From positions 2,976,001 to 3,040,000 of the forward strand of contig OZ059897.1 in the NCBI GenBank assembly GCA_964057225.1: DNA of 64,000 bases. The letters are read 5' to 3'. This document shows, piece after piece, positions 25,601-38,000 of this stretch; the first letter of the stretch is position 1, and each line of letters begins with the position of its first letter. The translations under genes and the position numbers were made by a program. Below the pieces are notes generated by a model, which saw nothing but the letters and a program-made list of their open reading frames with translations, searched no databases and had not been told where the DNA came from. The DNA comes from Auanema rhodensis (lineage: Eukaryota > Animalia > Nematoda).

Positions 25601-28600
25601 ATTTAGAAATTTTTCGGGAAAATTTTTGTCACAATGTTTTTGGAAGCAATGTTGAGTGTACATGGGAACTCAACATACACTAATGCATTATTTTTCAAAC
25701 GATCATAACTAATTTTTGTATGGAGCGTTTCTCAATGTAGTATAGTGCATTCGATGCGGATTTTTAAGCTGCGTTGATCTGTGTTATCAGATTTGCGCTA
25801 GCTTAAAAATGCACCGAGTAATGAACTGATATAGGTTCACACTTATATCCTCGATTTTCACCCTGAAGAAATGATTTTTTCGTTGAAAAACATTGTCCAT
25901 CGTATTCGTCTTGAAAAAAAGAATCTAAAAACATCTACTTTTTGTGAAATTATTCAGAAATTTTTCGGGAAAATTATTGTCAAAATGTTTTTGGAAGCAA
26001 TGTTGAGTGTATATGGGAACTCAACATACACTAATGCATTATTTTTCAAACGATCATAACTAATTTTTGTATGGAGCGTTTCTCAATGTAGTATAGTGCA
26101 TTCGATGCGGATTTTTAAGCTGCGTTGATCTGTGTTATCAGATTTGCGCTAGCTTAAAAATGCACCGAGTAATCAACTGATATAGGTTCACACTTATATC
26201 CTCGATTTTCACCCTGAAGAATTAATTTTTTCGTTGAATAACATTGTCCATCGTCTTTGCCTTGAGAAAAGAAATCTAAAAACTCCTACTTTTTGTGAAA
26301 TTATTTAGAAATTTTTCGGGAAAATTTTTGTCACAATGTTTTTGGAAGCAATGTTGAGTGTACATGGGAACTCAGCATACACTAATGCATTATTTTTCAA
26401 ACGATCATAACTAATTTTTGTATAGAGCGTTTCTCAATGTAGTATAGTGCATTCGATGCGGATTTTTAAGCTGCGTCGATCTGTGTTATCAGATTTGAGT
26501 TAGCTTGAAAATGCACCGAGATATCAACTGATATATGTTCACACTTATATCCTCGATTTTCACCCTGAAGAAATGATTTTTTCGTTGAAAAACATTGTCC
26601 ATCGTATTCGTCTTGAAAAAAGGAATCTAAAAACATCCACTTTTTGTGAAATTATTTAGAAATTTTTCGGGAAAATTTTTGTCACAATGTTTTTGGAAGC
26701 AATGTTGAGTGTACATGGGAACTCAGCATACACTAATGCATTATTTTTCAAACGATCATAACTAATTTTTGTATAGAGCGTTTCTCAATGTAGTATAGTG
26801 CATTCGATGCGGATTTTTAAGCTGCGTCGATCTGTGTTATCAGATTTGAGTTAGCTTAAAAATGCACCGAGATATCAACTGATATATGTTCACACTTATA
26901 TCCTCGATTTTCACCCTGAAGAAATGATTTTTTCGTTGAAAAACATTGTCCATCGTATTCGTCTTGAAAAAAAGAATCTAAAAACATCTACTTTTTGTGA
27001 AATTATTCAGAAATTTTTCGGGAAAATTTTTGTCAAAATGTTTTTGGAAGCAATGTTGAGTGTACATGGGAACTCAACATACACTAATGCATTATTTTTC
27101 AAACGATCATAACTAATTTTTGTATGGAGCGTTTCTCAATGTAGTATAGTGCATTCGATGCGGATTTTTGAGCTGCGTTGATCTGTGTTATCAGATTTGC
27201 GCTAGCTTAAAAATGCACCGAGTAATCAACTGATATAGGTTCACACTTATATCCTCGATTTTCACCCTGAAGAAATGATTTTTTCGTTGAAAAACATTGT
27301 CCATCGTATTCGTCTTGAAAAAAAGAATCTAAAAACATCTACTTTTTGTGAAATTATTCAGAAATTTTTCGGGAAAATTTTTGTCAAAATGTTTTTGGAA
27401 GCAATGTTGAGTGTACATGGGAACTCAACATACACTAATGCATTATTTTTCAAACGATCATAACTAATTTTTGTATGGAGCGTTTCTCAATGTAGTATAG
27501 TGCATTCGATGCGGATTTTTGAGCTGCGTTGATCTGTGTTATCAGATTTGCGCTAGCTTTAAAATGCACCGAGTAATCAACTGATATAGGTTCACACTTA
27601 TATCCTCGATTTTCACCCTGAAGAATTAATTTTTTCGTTGAATAACATTGTCCATCGTCTTTGCCTTGAGAAAAGAAATCTAAAAACTCCTACTTTTTGT
27701 GAAATTATTTAGAAATTTTTCGGGAAAATTTTTGTCACAATGTTTTTGGAAGCAATGTTGAGTGTACATGGGAACTCAACATACACTAATGCATTATTTT
27801 TCAAACGATCATAACTAATTTTTGTATGGAGCGTTTCTCAATGTAGTATAGTGCATTCGATGCGGATTTTTAAGCTGCGTTGATCTGTGTTATCAGATTT
27901 GCGCTAGCTTAAAAATGCACCGAGTAATCAACTGATATAGGTTCACACTTATATCCTCGATTTTCACCCTGAAGAATTAATTTTTTCGTTGAATAACATT
28001 GTCCATCGTCTTTGCCTTGAGAAAAGAAATCTAAAAACTCCTACTTTTTGTGAAATTATTTAGAAATTTTTCGGGAAAATTTTTGTCACAATGTTTTTGG
28101 AAGCAATGTTGAGTGTACATGGGAACTCAGCATACACTAATGCATTATTTTTCAAACGATCATAACTAATTTTTGTATAGAGCGTTTCTCAATGTAGTAT
28201 AGTGCATTTGATGCGGATTTTTAAGCTGCGTCGATCTGTGTTATCAGATTTGAGTTAGCTTAAAAATGCACCGAGATATCAACTGATATATGTTCACACT
28301 TATATCCTCGATTTTCACCCTGAAGAAATGATTTTTTCGTTGAAAAACATTGTCCATCGTATTCGTCTTGAAAAAAAGAATCTAAAAACATCTACTTTTT
28401 GTGAAATTATTCAGAAATTTTTCGGGAAAATTTTTGTCAAAATGTTTTTGGAAGCAATGTTGAGTGTACATGGGAACTCAACATACACTAATGCATTATT
28501 TTTCAAACGATCATAACTAATTTTTGTATGGAGCGTTTCTCAATGTAGTATAGTGCATTCGATGCGGATTTTTAAGCTGCGTTGATCTGTGTTATCAGAT

Positions 28601-28930
28601 TTGCGCTAGCTTAAAAATGCACCGAGTAATCAACTGATATAGGTTCACACTTATATCCTCGATTTTCACCCTGAAGAATTAATTTTTTCGTTGAATAACA
28701 TTGTCCATCGTATTCGTCTTGAAAAAAGGAATCTAAAAACATCTACTTTTTGTGAAATTATTTAGAAATTTTTCGGGAAAATTTTTGTCACAATGTTTTT
28801 GGAAGCAATGTTGAGTGTACATGGGAACTCAGCATACACTAATGCATTATTTTTCAAACGATCATAACTAATTTTTGTATAGAGCGTTTCTCAATGTAGT
28901 ATAGTGCATTCGATGCGGATTTTTAAGCTG
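19670..28930. repeat. 13-monomer (4563 bp) tandem block duplication; boundaries approximate
   Basis: Private SNPs offset by exactly 4563: gcttTaaa 22997/27560, gcattTga 23646/28209, KII..VY ORF variant 21308/25871. The taatGaac and catCcact variants also pair at this offset. Confidence 0.92.
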
Positions 28931-29199
28931 CGTCGATCTGTGTTATCAGATTTGAGTTAGCTTAAAAATGCACCGAGATATCAACTGATATATGTTCACA
29001 CTTATATCCTCGATTTTCACCCTGAAGAAATGATTTTTTCGTTGAAAAACATTGTCCATCGTATTCGTCTTGAAAAAAAGAATCTAAAAACATCTACTTT
29101 TTGTGAAATTATTCAGAAATTTTTCGGGAAAATTATTGTCAAAATGTTTTTGGAAGCAATGTTGAGTGTACATGGGAACTCAACATACACTAATGCATT

Positions 29200-32080
29200 A
29201 TTTTTCAAACGATCATAACTAATTTTTGTATGGAGCGTTTCTCAATGTAGTATAGTGCATTCGATGCGGATTTTTAAGCTGCGTTGATCTGTGTTATCAG
29301 ATTTGCGCTAGCTTAAAAATGCACCGAGTAATCAACTGATATAGGTTCACACTTATATCCTCGATTTTCACCCTGAAGAATTAATTTTTTCGTTGAATAA
29401 CATTGTCCATCGTCTTTGCCTTGAGAAAAGAAATCTAAAAACTCCTACTTTTTGTGAAATTATTTAGAAATTTTTCGGGAAAATTTTTGTCACAATGTTT
29501 TTGGAAGCAATGTTGAGTGTACATGGGAACTCAGCATACACTAATGCATTATTTTTCAAACGATCATAACTAATTTTTGTATAGAGCGTTTCTCAATGAA
29601 GTATAGTGCATTCGATGCGGATTTTTAAGCTGCGTCGATCTGTGTTATCAGATTTGGGTTAGCTTGAAAATGCACCGAGATATCAACTGATATATGTTCA
29701 CACTTATATCCTCGATTTTCACCCTGAAGAAATGATTTTTTCGTTGAAAAACATTGTCCATCGTATTCGTCTTGAAAAAAGGAATCTAAAAACATCCACT
29801 TTTTGTGAAATTATTTAGAAATTTTTCGGGAAAATTTTTGTCACAATGTTTTTGGAAGCAATGTTGAGTGTACATGGGAACTCAGCATACACTAATGCAT
29901 TATTTTTCAAACGATCATAACTAATTTTTGTATAGAGCGTTTCTCAATGTAGTATAGTGCATTCGATGCGGATTTTTAAGCTGCGTCGATCTGTGTTATC
30001 AGATTTGAGTTAGCTTAAAAATGCACCGAGATATCAACTGATATATGTTCACACTTATATCCTCGATTTTCACCCTGAAGAAATGATTTTTTCGTTGAAA
30101 AACATTGTCCATCGTATTCGTCTTGAAAAAAAGAATCTAAAAACATCTACTTTTTGTGAAATTATTCAGAAATTTTTCGGGAAAATTTTTGTCAAAATGT
30201 TTTTGGAAGCAATGTTGAGTGTACATGGGAACTCAACATACACTAATGCATTATTTTTCAAACGATCATAACTAATTTTTGTATGGAGCGTTTCTCAATG
30301 TAGTATAGTGCATTCGATGCGGATTTTTGAGCTGCGTTGATCTGTGTTATCAGATTTGCGCTAGCTTAAAAATGCACCGAGTAATCAACTGATATAGGTT
30401 CACACTTATATCCTCGATTTTCACCCTGAAGAAATGATTTTTTCGTTGAAAAACATTGTCCATCGTATTCGTCTTGAAAAAAAGAATCTAAAAACATCTA
30501 CTTTTTGTGAAATTATTCAGAAATTTTTCGGGAAAATTTTTGTCAAAATGTTTTTGGAAGCAATGTTGAGTGTACATGGGAACTCAACATACACTAATGC
30601 ATTATTTTTCAAACGATCATAACTAATTTTTGTATGGAGCGTTTCTCAATGTAGTATAGTGCATTCGATGCGGATTTTTAAGCTGCGTTGATCTGTGTTA
30701 TCAGATTTGCGCTAGCTTAAAAATGCACCGAGTAATCAACTGATATAGGTTCACACTTATATCCTCGATTTTCACCCTGAAGAATTAATTTTTTCGTTGA
30801 ATAACATTGTCCATCGTCTTTGCCTTGAGAAAAGAAATCTAAAAACTCCTACTTTTTGTGAAATTATTTAGAAATTTTTCGGGAAAATTTTTGTCACAAT
30901 GTTTTTGGAAGCAATGTTGAGTGTACATGGGAACTCAGCATACACTAATGCATTATTTTTCAAACGATCATAACTAATTTTTGTATAGAGCGTTTCTCAA
31001 TGAAGTATAGTGCATTCGATGCGGATTTTTAAGCTGCGTCGATCTGTGTTATCAGATTTGGGTTAGCTTGAAAATGCACCGAGATATCAACTGATATATG
31101 TTCACACTTATATCCTCGATTTTCACCCTGAAGAAATGATTTTTTCGTTGAAAAACATTGTCCATCGTATTCGTCTTGAAAAAAGGAATCTAAAAACATC
31201 CACTTTTTGTGAAATTATTTAGAAATTTTTCGGGAAAATTTTTGTCACAATGTTTTTGGAAGCAATGTTGAGTGTACATGGGAACTCAGCATACACTAAT
31301 GCATTATTTTTCAAACGATCATAACTAATTTTTGTATAGAGCGTTTCTCAATGTAGTATAGTGCATTCGATGCGGATTTTTAAGCTGCGTCGATCTGTGT
31401 TATCAGATTTGAGTTAGCTTAAAAATGCACCGAGATATCAACTGATATATGTTCACACTTATATCCTCGATTTTCACCCTGAAGAAATGATTTTTTCGTT
31501 GAAAAACATTGTCCATCGTATTCGTCTTGAAAAAAAGAATCTAAAAACATCTACTTTTTGTGAAATTATTCAGAAATTTTTCGGGAAAATTTTTGTCAAA
31601 ATGTTTTTGGAAGCAATGTTGAGTGTACATGGGAACTCAACATACACTAATGCATTATTTTTCAAACGATCATAACTAATTTTTGTATGGAGCGTTTCTC
31701 AATGTAGTATAGTGCATTCGATGCGGATTTTTGAGCTGCGTTGATCTGTGTTATCAGATTTGCGCTAGCTTAAAAATGCACCGAGTAATCAACTGATATA
31801 GGTTCACACTTATATCCTCGATTTTCACCCTGAAGAAATGATTTTTTCGTTGAAAAACATTGTCCATCGTATTCGTCTTGAAAAAAAGAATCTAAAAACA
31901 TCTACTTTTTGTGAAATTATTCAGAAATTTTTCGGGAAAATTTTTGTCAAAATGTTTTTGGAAGCAATGTTGAGTGTACATGGGAACTCAACATACACTA
32001 ATGCATTATTTTTCAAACGATCATAACTAATTTTTGTATGGAGCGTTTCTCAATGTAGTATAGTGCATTCGATGCGGATT
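29200..32080. repeat. 4-monomer (1404 bp) tandem block duplication; boundaries approximate
   Basis: caatgAag at 29599/31003, each linked to ttgGgtt and catCcact; ORF pairs 30083/31487 and 30434/31838. Confidence 0.85.
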
Positions 32081-35000
32081 TTTGAGCTGCGTTGATCTGT
32101 GTTATCAGATTTGCGCTAGCTTAAAAATGCACCGAGTAATCAACTGATATAGGTTCACACTTATATCCTCGATTTTCACCCTGAAGAATTAATTTTTTCG
32201 TTGAATAACATTGTCCATCGTCTTTGCCTTGAGAAAAGAAATCTAAAAACTCCTACTTTTTGTGAAATTATTTAGAAATTTTTCGGGAAAATTTTTGTCA
32301 CAATGTTTTTGGAAGCAATGTTGAGTGTACATGGGAACTCAACATACACTAATGCATTATTTTTCAAACGATCATAACTAATTTTTGTATGGAGCGTTTC
32401 TCAATGTAGTATAGTGCATTCGATGCGGATTTTTAAGCTGCGTTGATGTGTGTTATCAGATTTGCGCTAGCTTAAAAATGCACCGAGTAATCAACTGATA
32501 TAGGTTCACACTTATATCCTCGATTTTCACCCTGAAGAATTAATTTTTTCGTTGAATAACATTGTCCATCGTCTTTGCCTTGAGAAAAGAAATCTAAAAA
32601 CTCCTACTTTTTGTGAAATTATTTAGAAATTTTTCGGGAAAATTTTTGTCACAATGTTTTTGGAAGCAATGTTGAGTGTACATGGGAACTCAACATACAC
32701 TAATGCATTATTTTTCAAACGATCATAACTAATTTTTGTATGGAGCGTTTCTCAATGTAGTATAGTGCATTCGATGCGGATTTTTAAGCTGCGTTGATCT
32801 GTGTTATCAGATTTGCGCTAGCTTAAAAATGCACCGAGTAATCAACTGATATAGGTTCACACTTATATCCTCGATTTTCACCCTGAAGAATTAATTTTTT
32901 CGTTGAATAACATTGTCCATCGTCTTTGCCTTGAGAAAAGAAATCTAAAAACTCCTACTTTTTGTGAAATTATTTAGAAATTTTTCGGGAAAATTTTTGT
33001 CACAATGTTTTTGGAAGCAATGTTGAGTGTACATGGGAACTCAGCATACACTAATGCATTATTTTTCAAACGATCATAACTAATTTTTGTATAGAGCGTT
33101 TCTCAATGTAGTATAGTGCATTCGATGCGGATTTTTAAGCTGCGTCGATCTGTGTTATCAGATTTGAGTTAGCTTAAAAATGCACCGAGATATCAACTGA
33201 TATATGTTCACACTTATATCCTCGATTTTCACCCTGAAGAAATGATTTTTTCGTTGAAAAACATTGTCCATCGTATTCGTCTTGAAAAAAAGAATCTAAA
33301 AACATCTACTTTTTGTGAAATTATTCAGAAATTTTTCGGGAAAATTTTTGTCAAAATGTTTTTGGAAGCAATGTTGAGTGTACATGGGAACTCAACATAC
33401 ACTAATGCATTATTTTTCAAACGATCATAACTAATTTTTGTATGGAGCGTTTCTCAATGTAGTATAGTGCATTCGATGCGGATTTTTGAGCTGCGTTGAT
33501 CTGTGTTATCAGATTTGCGCTAGCTTAAAAATGCACCGAGTAATCAACTGATATAGGTTCACACTTATATCCTCGATTTTCACCCTGAAGAAATGATTTT
33601 TTCGTTGAAAAACATTGTCCATCGTCTTTGCCTTGAGAAAAGAAATCTAAAAACTCCTACTTTTTGTGAAATTATTCAGAAATTTTTCGGGAAAATTTTT
33701 GTCAAAATGTTTTTGGAAGCAATGTTGAGTGTACATGGGAACTCAACATACACTAATGCATTATTTTTCAAACGATCATAACTAATTTTTGTATGGAGCG
33801 TTTCTCAATGTAGTATAGTGCATTCGATGCGGATTTTTGAGCTGCGTTGATCTGTGTTATCAGATTTGCGCTAGCTTAAAAATGCACCGAGTAATCAACT
33901 GATATAGGTTCACACTTATATCCTCGATTTTCACCCTGAAGAATTAATTTTTTCGTTGAATAACATTGTCCATCGTCTTTGCCTTGAGAAAAGAAATCTA
34001 AAAACTCCTACTTTTTGTGAAATTATTTAGAAATTTTTCGGGAAAATTTTTGTCACAATGTTTTTGGAAGCAATGTTGAGTGTACATGGGAACTCAGCAT
34101 ACACTAATGCATTATTTTTCAAACGATCATAACTAATTTTTGTATAGAGCGTTTCTCAATGTAGTATAGTGCATTCGATGCGGATTTTTAAGCTGCGTCG
34201 ATCTGTGTTATCAGATTTGAGTTAGCTTAAAAATGCACCGAGATATCAACTGATATATGTTCACACTTATATCCTCGATTTTCACCCTGAAGAAATGATT
34301 TTTTCGTTGAAAAACATTGTCCATCGTATTCGTCTTGAAAAAAAGAATCTAAAAACATCTACTTTTTGTGAAATTATTCAGAAATTTTTCGGGAAAATTT
34401 TTGTCAAAATGTTTTTGGAAGCAATGTTGAGTGTACATGGGAACTCAACATACACTAATGCATTATTTTTCAAACGATCATAACTAATTTTTGTATGGAG
34501 CGTTTCTCAATGTAGTATAGTGCATTCGATGCGGATTTTTGAGCTGCGTTGATCTGTGTTATCAGATTTGCGCTAGCTTAAAAATGCACCGAGTAATTAA
34601 CTGATATAGGTTCACACTTATATCCTCGATTTTCACCCTGAAGAATTAATTTTTTCGTTGAATAACATTGTCCATCGTCTTTGCCTTGAGAAAAGAAATC
34701 TAAAAACTCCTACTTTTTGTGAAATTATTTAGAAATTTTTCGGGAAAATTTTTGTCACAATGTTTTTGGAAGCAATGTTGAGTGTACATGGGAACTCAAC
34801 ATACACTAATGCATTATTTTTCAAACGATCATAACTAATTTTTGTATGGAGCGTTTCTCAATGTAGTATAGTGCATTCGATGCGGATTTTTAAGCTGCGT
34901 TGATCTGTGTTATCAGATTTGCGCTAGCTTAAAAATGCACCGAGTAATCAACTGATATAGGTTCACACTTATATCCTCGATTTTCACCCTGAAGAATTAA

Positions 35001-38000
35001 TTTTTTCGTTGAATAACATTGTCCATCGTCTTTGCCTTGAGAAAAGAAATCTAAAAACTCCTACTTTTTGTGAAATTATTTAGAAATTTTTCGGGAAAAT
35101 TTTTGTCACAATGTTTTTGGAAGCAATGTTGAGTGTACATGGGAACTCAACATACACTAATGCATTATTTTTCAAACGATCATAACTAATTTTTGTATAG
35201 AGCGTTTCTCAATGTAGTATAGTGCATTCGATGCGGATTTTTGAGTTGCGTTGATCTGTGTTATCAGATTTGCGCTAGCTTAAAAATGCACCGAGTAATC
35301 AACTGATATATGTTCACACTTATATCCTCGATTTTCACCCTGAAGAAATGATTTTTTCGTTGAAAAACATTGTCCATCGTATTCGTCTTGAAAAAAGGAA
35401 TCTAAAAACATCTACTTTTTGTGAAATTATTTAGAAATTTTTCGGGAAAATTTTTGTCACAATGTTTTTGGAAGCAATGTTGAGTGTACATGGGAACTCA
35501 GCATACACTAATGCATTATTTTTCAAACGATCATAACTAATTTTTGTATAGAGCGTTTCTCAATGTAGTAAAGTGCATTCGATGCGGATTTTTAAGCTGC
35601 GTCGATCTGTGTTATCAGATTTGAGTTAGCTTAAAAATGCACCGAGATATCAACTGATATATGTTCACACTTATATCCTCGATTTTCACCCTGAAGAAAT
35701 GATTTTTTCGTTGAAAAACATTGTCCATCGTATTCGTCTTGAAAAAAAGAATCTAAAAACATCTACTTTTTGTGAAATTATTCAGAAATTTTTCGGGAAA
35801 ATTTTTGTCAAAATGTTTTTGGAAGCAATGTTGAGTGTACATGGGAACTCAACATACACTAATGCATTATTTTTCAAACGATCATAACTAATTTTTGTAT
35901 GGAGCGTTTCTCAATGTAGTATAGTGCATTCGATGCGGATTTTTAAGCTGCGTTGATCTGTGTTATCAGATTTGAGTTAGCTTAAAAATGCACCGAGATA
36001 TCAACTGATATATGTTCACACTTATATCCTCGATTTTCACCCTGAAGAAATGATTTTTTCGTTGAAAAACATTGTCCATCGTATTCGTCTTGAAAAAAGG
36101 AATCTAAAAACATCTACTTTTTGTGAAATTATTTAGAAAATTTTCGGTAAAATTTTTGTCACAATGTTTTTGGAAGCAATGTTGAGTGTACATGGGAACT
36201 CAGCATACACTAATGCATTATTTTTCAAACGATCATAACTAATTTTTGTATAGAGCGTTTCTCAATGTAGTATAGTGCATTCGATGCGGATTTTTAAGCT
36301 GCGTCGATCTGTGTTATCAGATTTGAGTTAGCTTAAAAATGCACCGAGATATCAACTGATATATGTTCACACTTATATCCTCGATTTTCACCCTGAAGAA
36401 ATGATTTTTTCGTTGAAAAACATTGTCCATCGTATTCGTCTTGAAAAAAGGAATCTAAAAACATCTACTTTTTGTGAAATTATTTAGAAATTTTTCGGGA
36501 AAATTTTTGTCAAAATGTTTTTGGAAGCAATGTTGAGTGTACATGGGAACTCAACATACACTAATGCATTATTTTTCATACGATCATAACTAATTTTTGT
36601 ATAAAGCGTTTCTCAATGTAGTATAGTGCATTCGATGCGGATTTTTAAGCTGCGTTGATCTGTGTTATCAGATTTGAGTTAACATAAAAATGCACCGAGA
36701 TATCAACTGATATATGTTCACACTTATATCCTCGATTTTCACCCTGAAGAAATGATTTTTTTGTTGAAAAACATTGTCCATCGTATTCGTCTTGAAAAAA
36801 GGAATCTAAAAACATCTACTTTTTGTGAAATTATTTAGAAATTTTTCGGGAAAATTTTTGTCAAAATGTTTTTGGAAGCAATGTTGAGTGTACATGGGAA
36901 CTCAACATACACTAATGCATTATTTTTCATACGATCATAACTAATTTTTGTATAAAGCGTTTCTCAATGTAGTATAGTGCATTCGATGCGGATTTTTAAG
37001 CTGCGTTGATCTGTGTTATCAGATTTGAGTTAACATAAAAATGCACCGAGATATCAACTGATATATGTTCACACTTATATCCTCGATTTTCACCCTGAAG
37101 AAATGATTTTTTTGTTGAAAAACATTGTCCATCGTATTCGTCTTGAAAAAAGGAATCTAAAAACATCTACTTTTTGTGAAATTATTTAGAAATTTTTCGG
37201 GAAAATTTTTGTCAAAATGTTTTTGGAAGCAATGTTGAGTGTACATGGGAACTCAGCATACACTAATGCATTATTTTTCAAACGATCATAACTAATTTTT
37301 GTATAGAGCGTTTCTTAATGTAGTATAGTGCATTCGATGCGGATTTTTAAGCTGCGTCGATCTATGTTATCAGATTTGCGCTAGCTTAAAAATGCACCGA
37401 GTAATCAACTGATATAGGTTCACACTTATATCCTCGATTTTCACCCTGAAGAATTAATTTTTTCGTTAACAAACATTGTCCATCGTATTCGTCTTGAAAA
37501 AAGGAATCTAAAAACATCTACTTTTTGTGAAATTATTTAGAAATTTTTCGGGAAAATTTTTGTCAAAATGTTTTTGGAAGCAATGTTGAGTGTACATGGG
37601 AACTCAACATACACTAATGCATTATTTTTCAAACGATCATAACTAATTTTTGTATAGAGCGTTTCTCAATGTAGTATAGTGCATTCGATGCGGATTTTTA
37701 AGCTGCGTCGATCTGTGTTATCAGATTTGCGCTAGCTTGAAAATGCACCGAGTAATCAACTGATATAGGTTCACACTTATATCCTCGATTTTCACCCTGA
37801 AGAATTAATTTTTTCGTTGAATAACATTGTCCATCGTCTTTGCCTTGAAAAAAGAAATCTAAAAACTCCTACTTTTTGTGAAATTATTTAGAAATTTTTC
37901 GGGAAAATTTTTGTCAAAATGTTTTTGGAAGCAATGTTGAGTGTACATGGGAACTCAGCATACACTAATGCATTATTTTTCAAACGATCATAACTAATTT

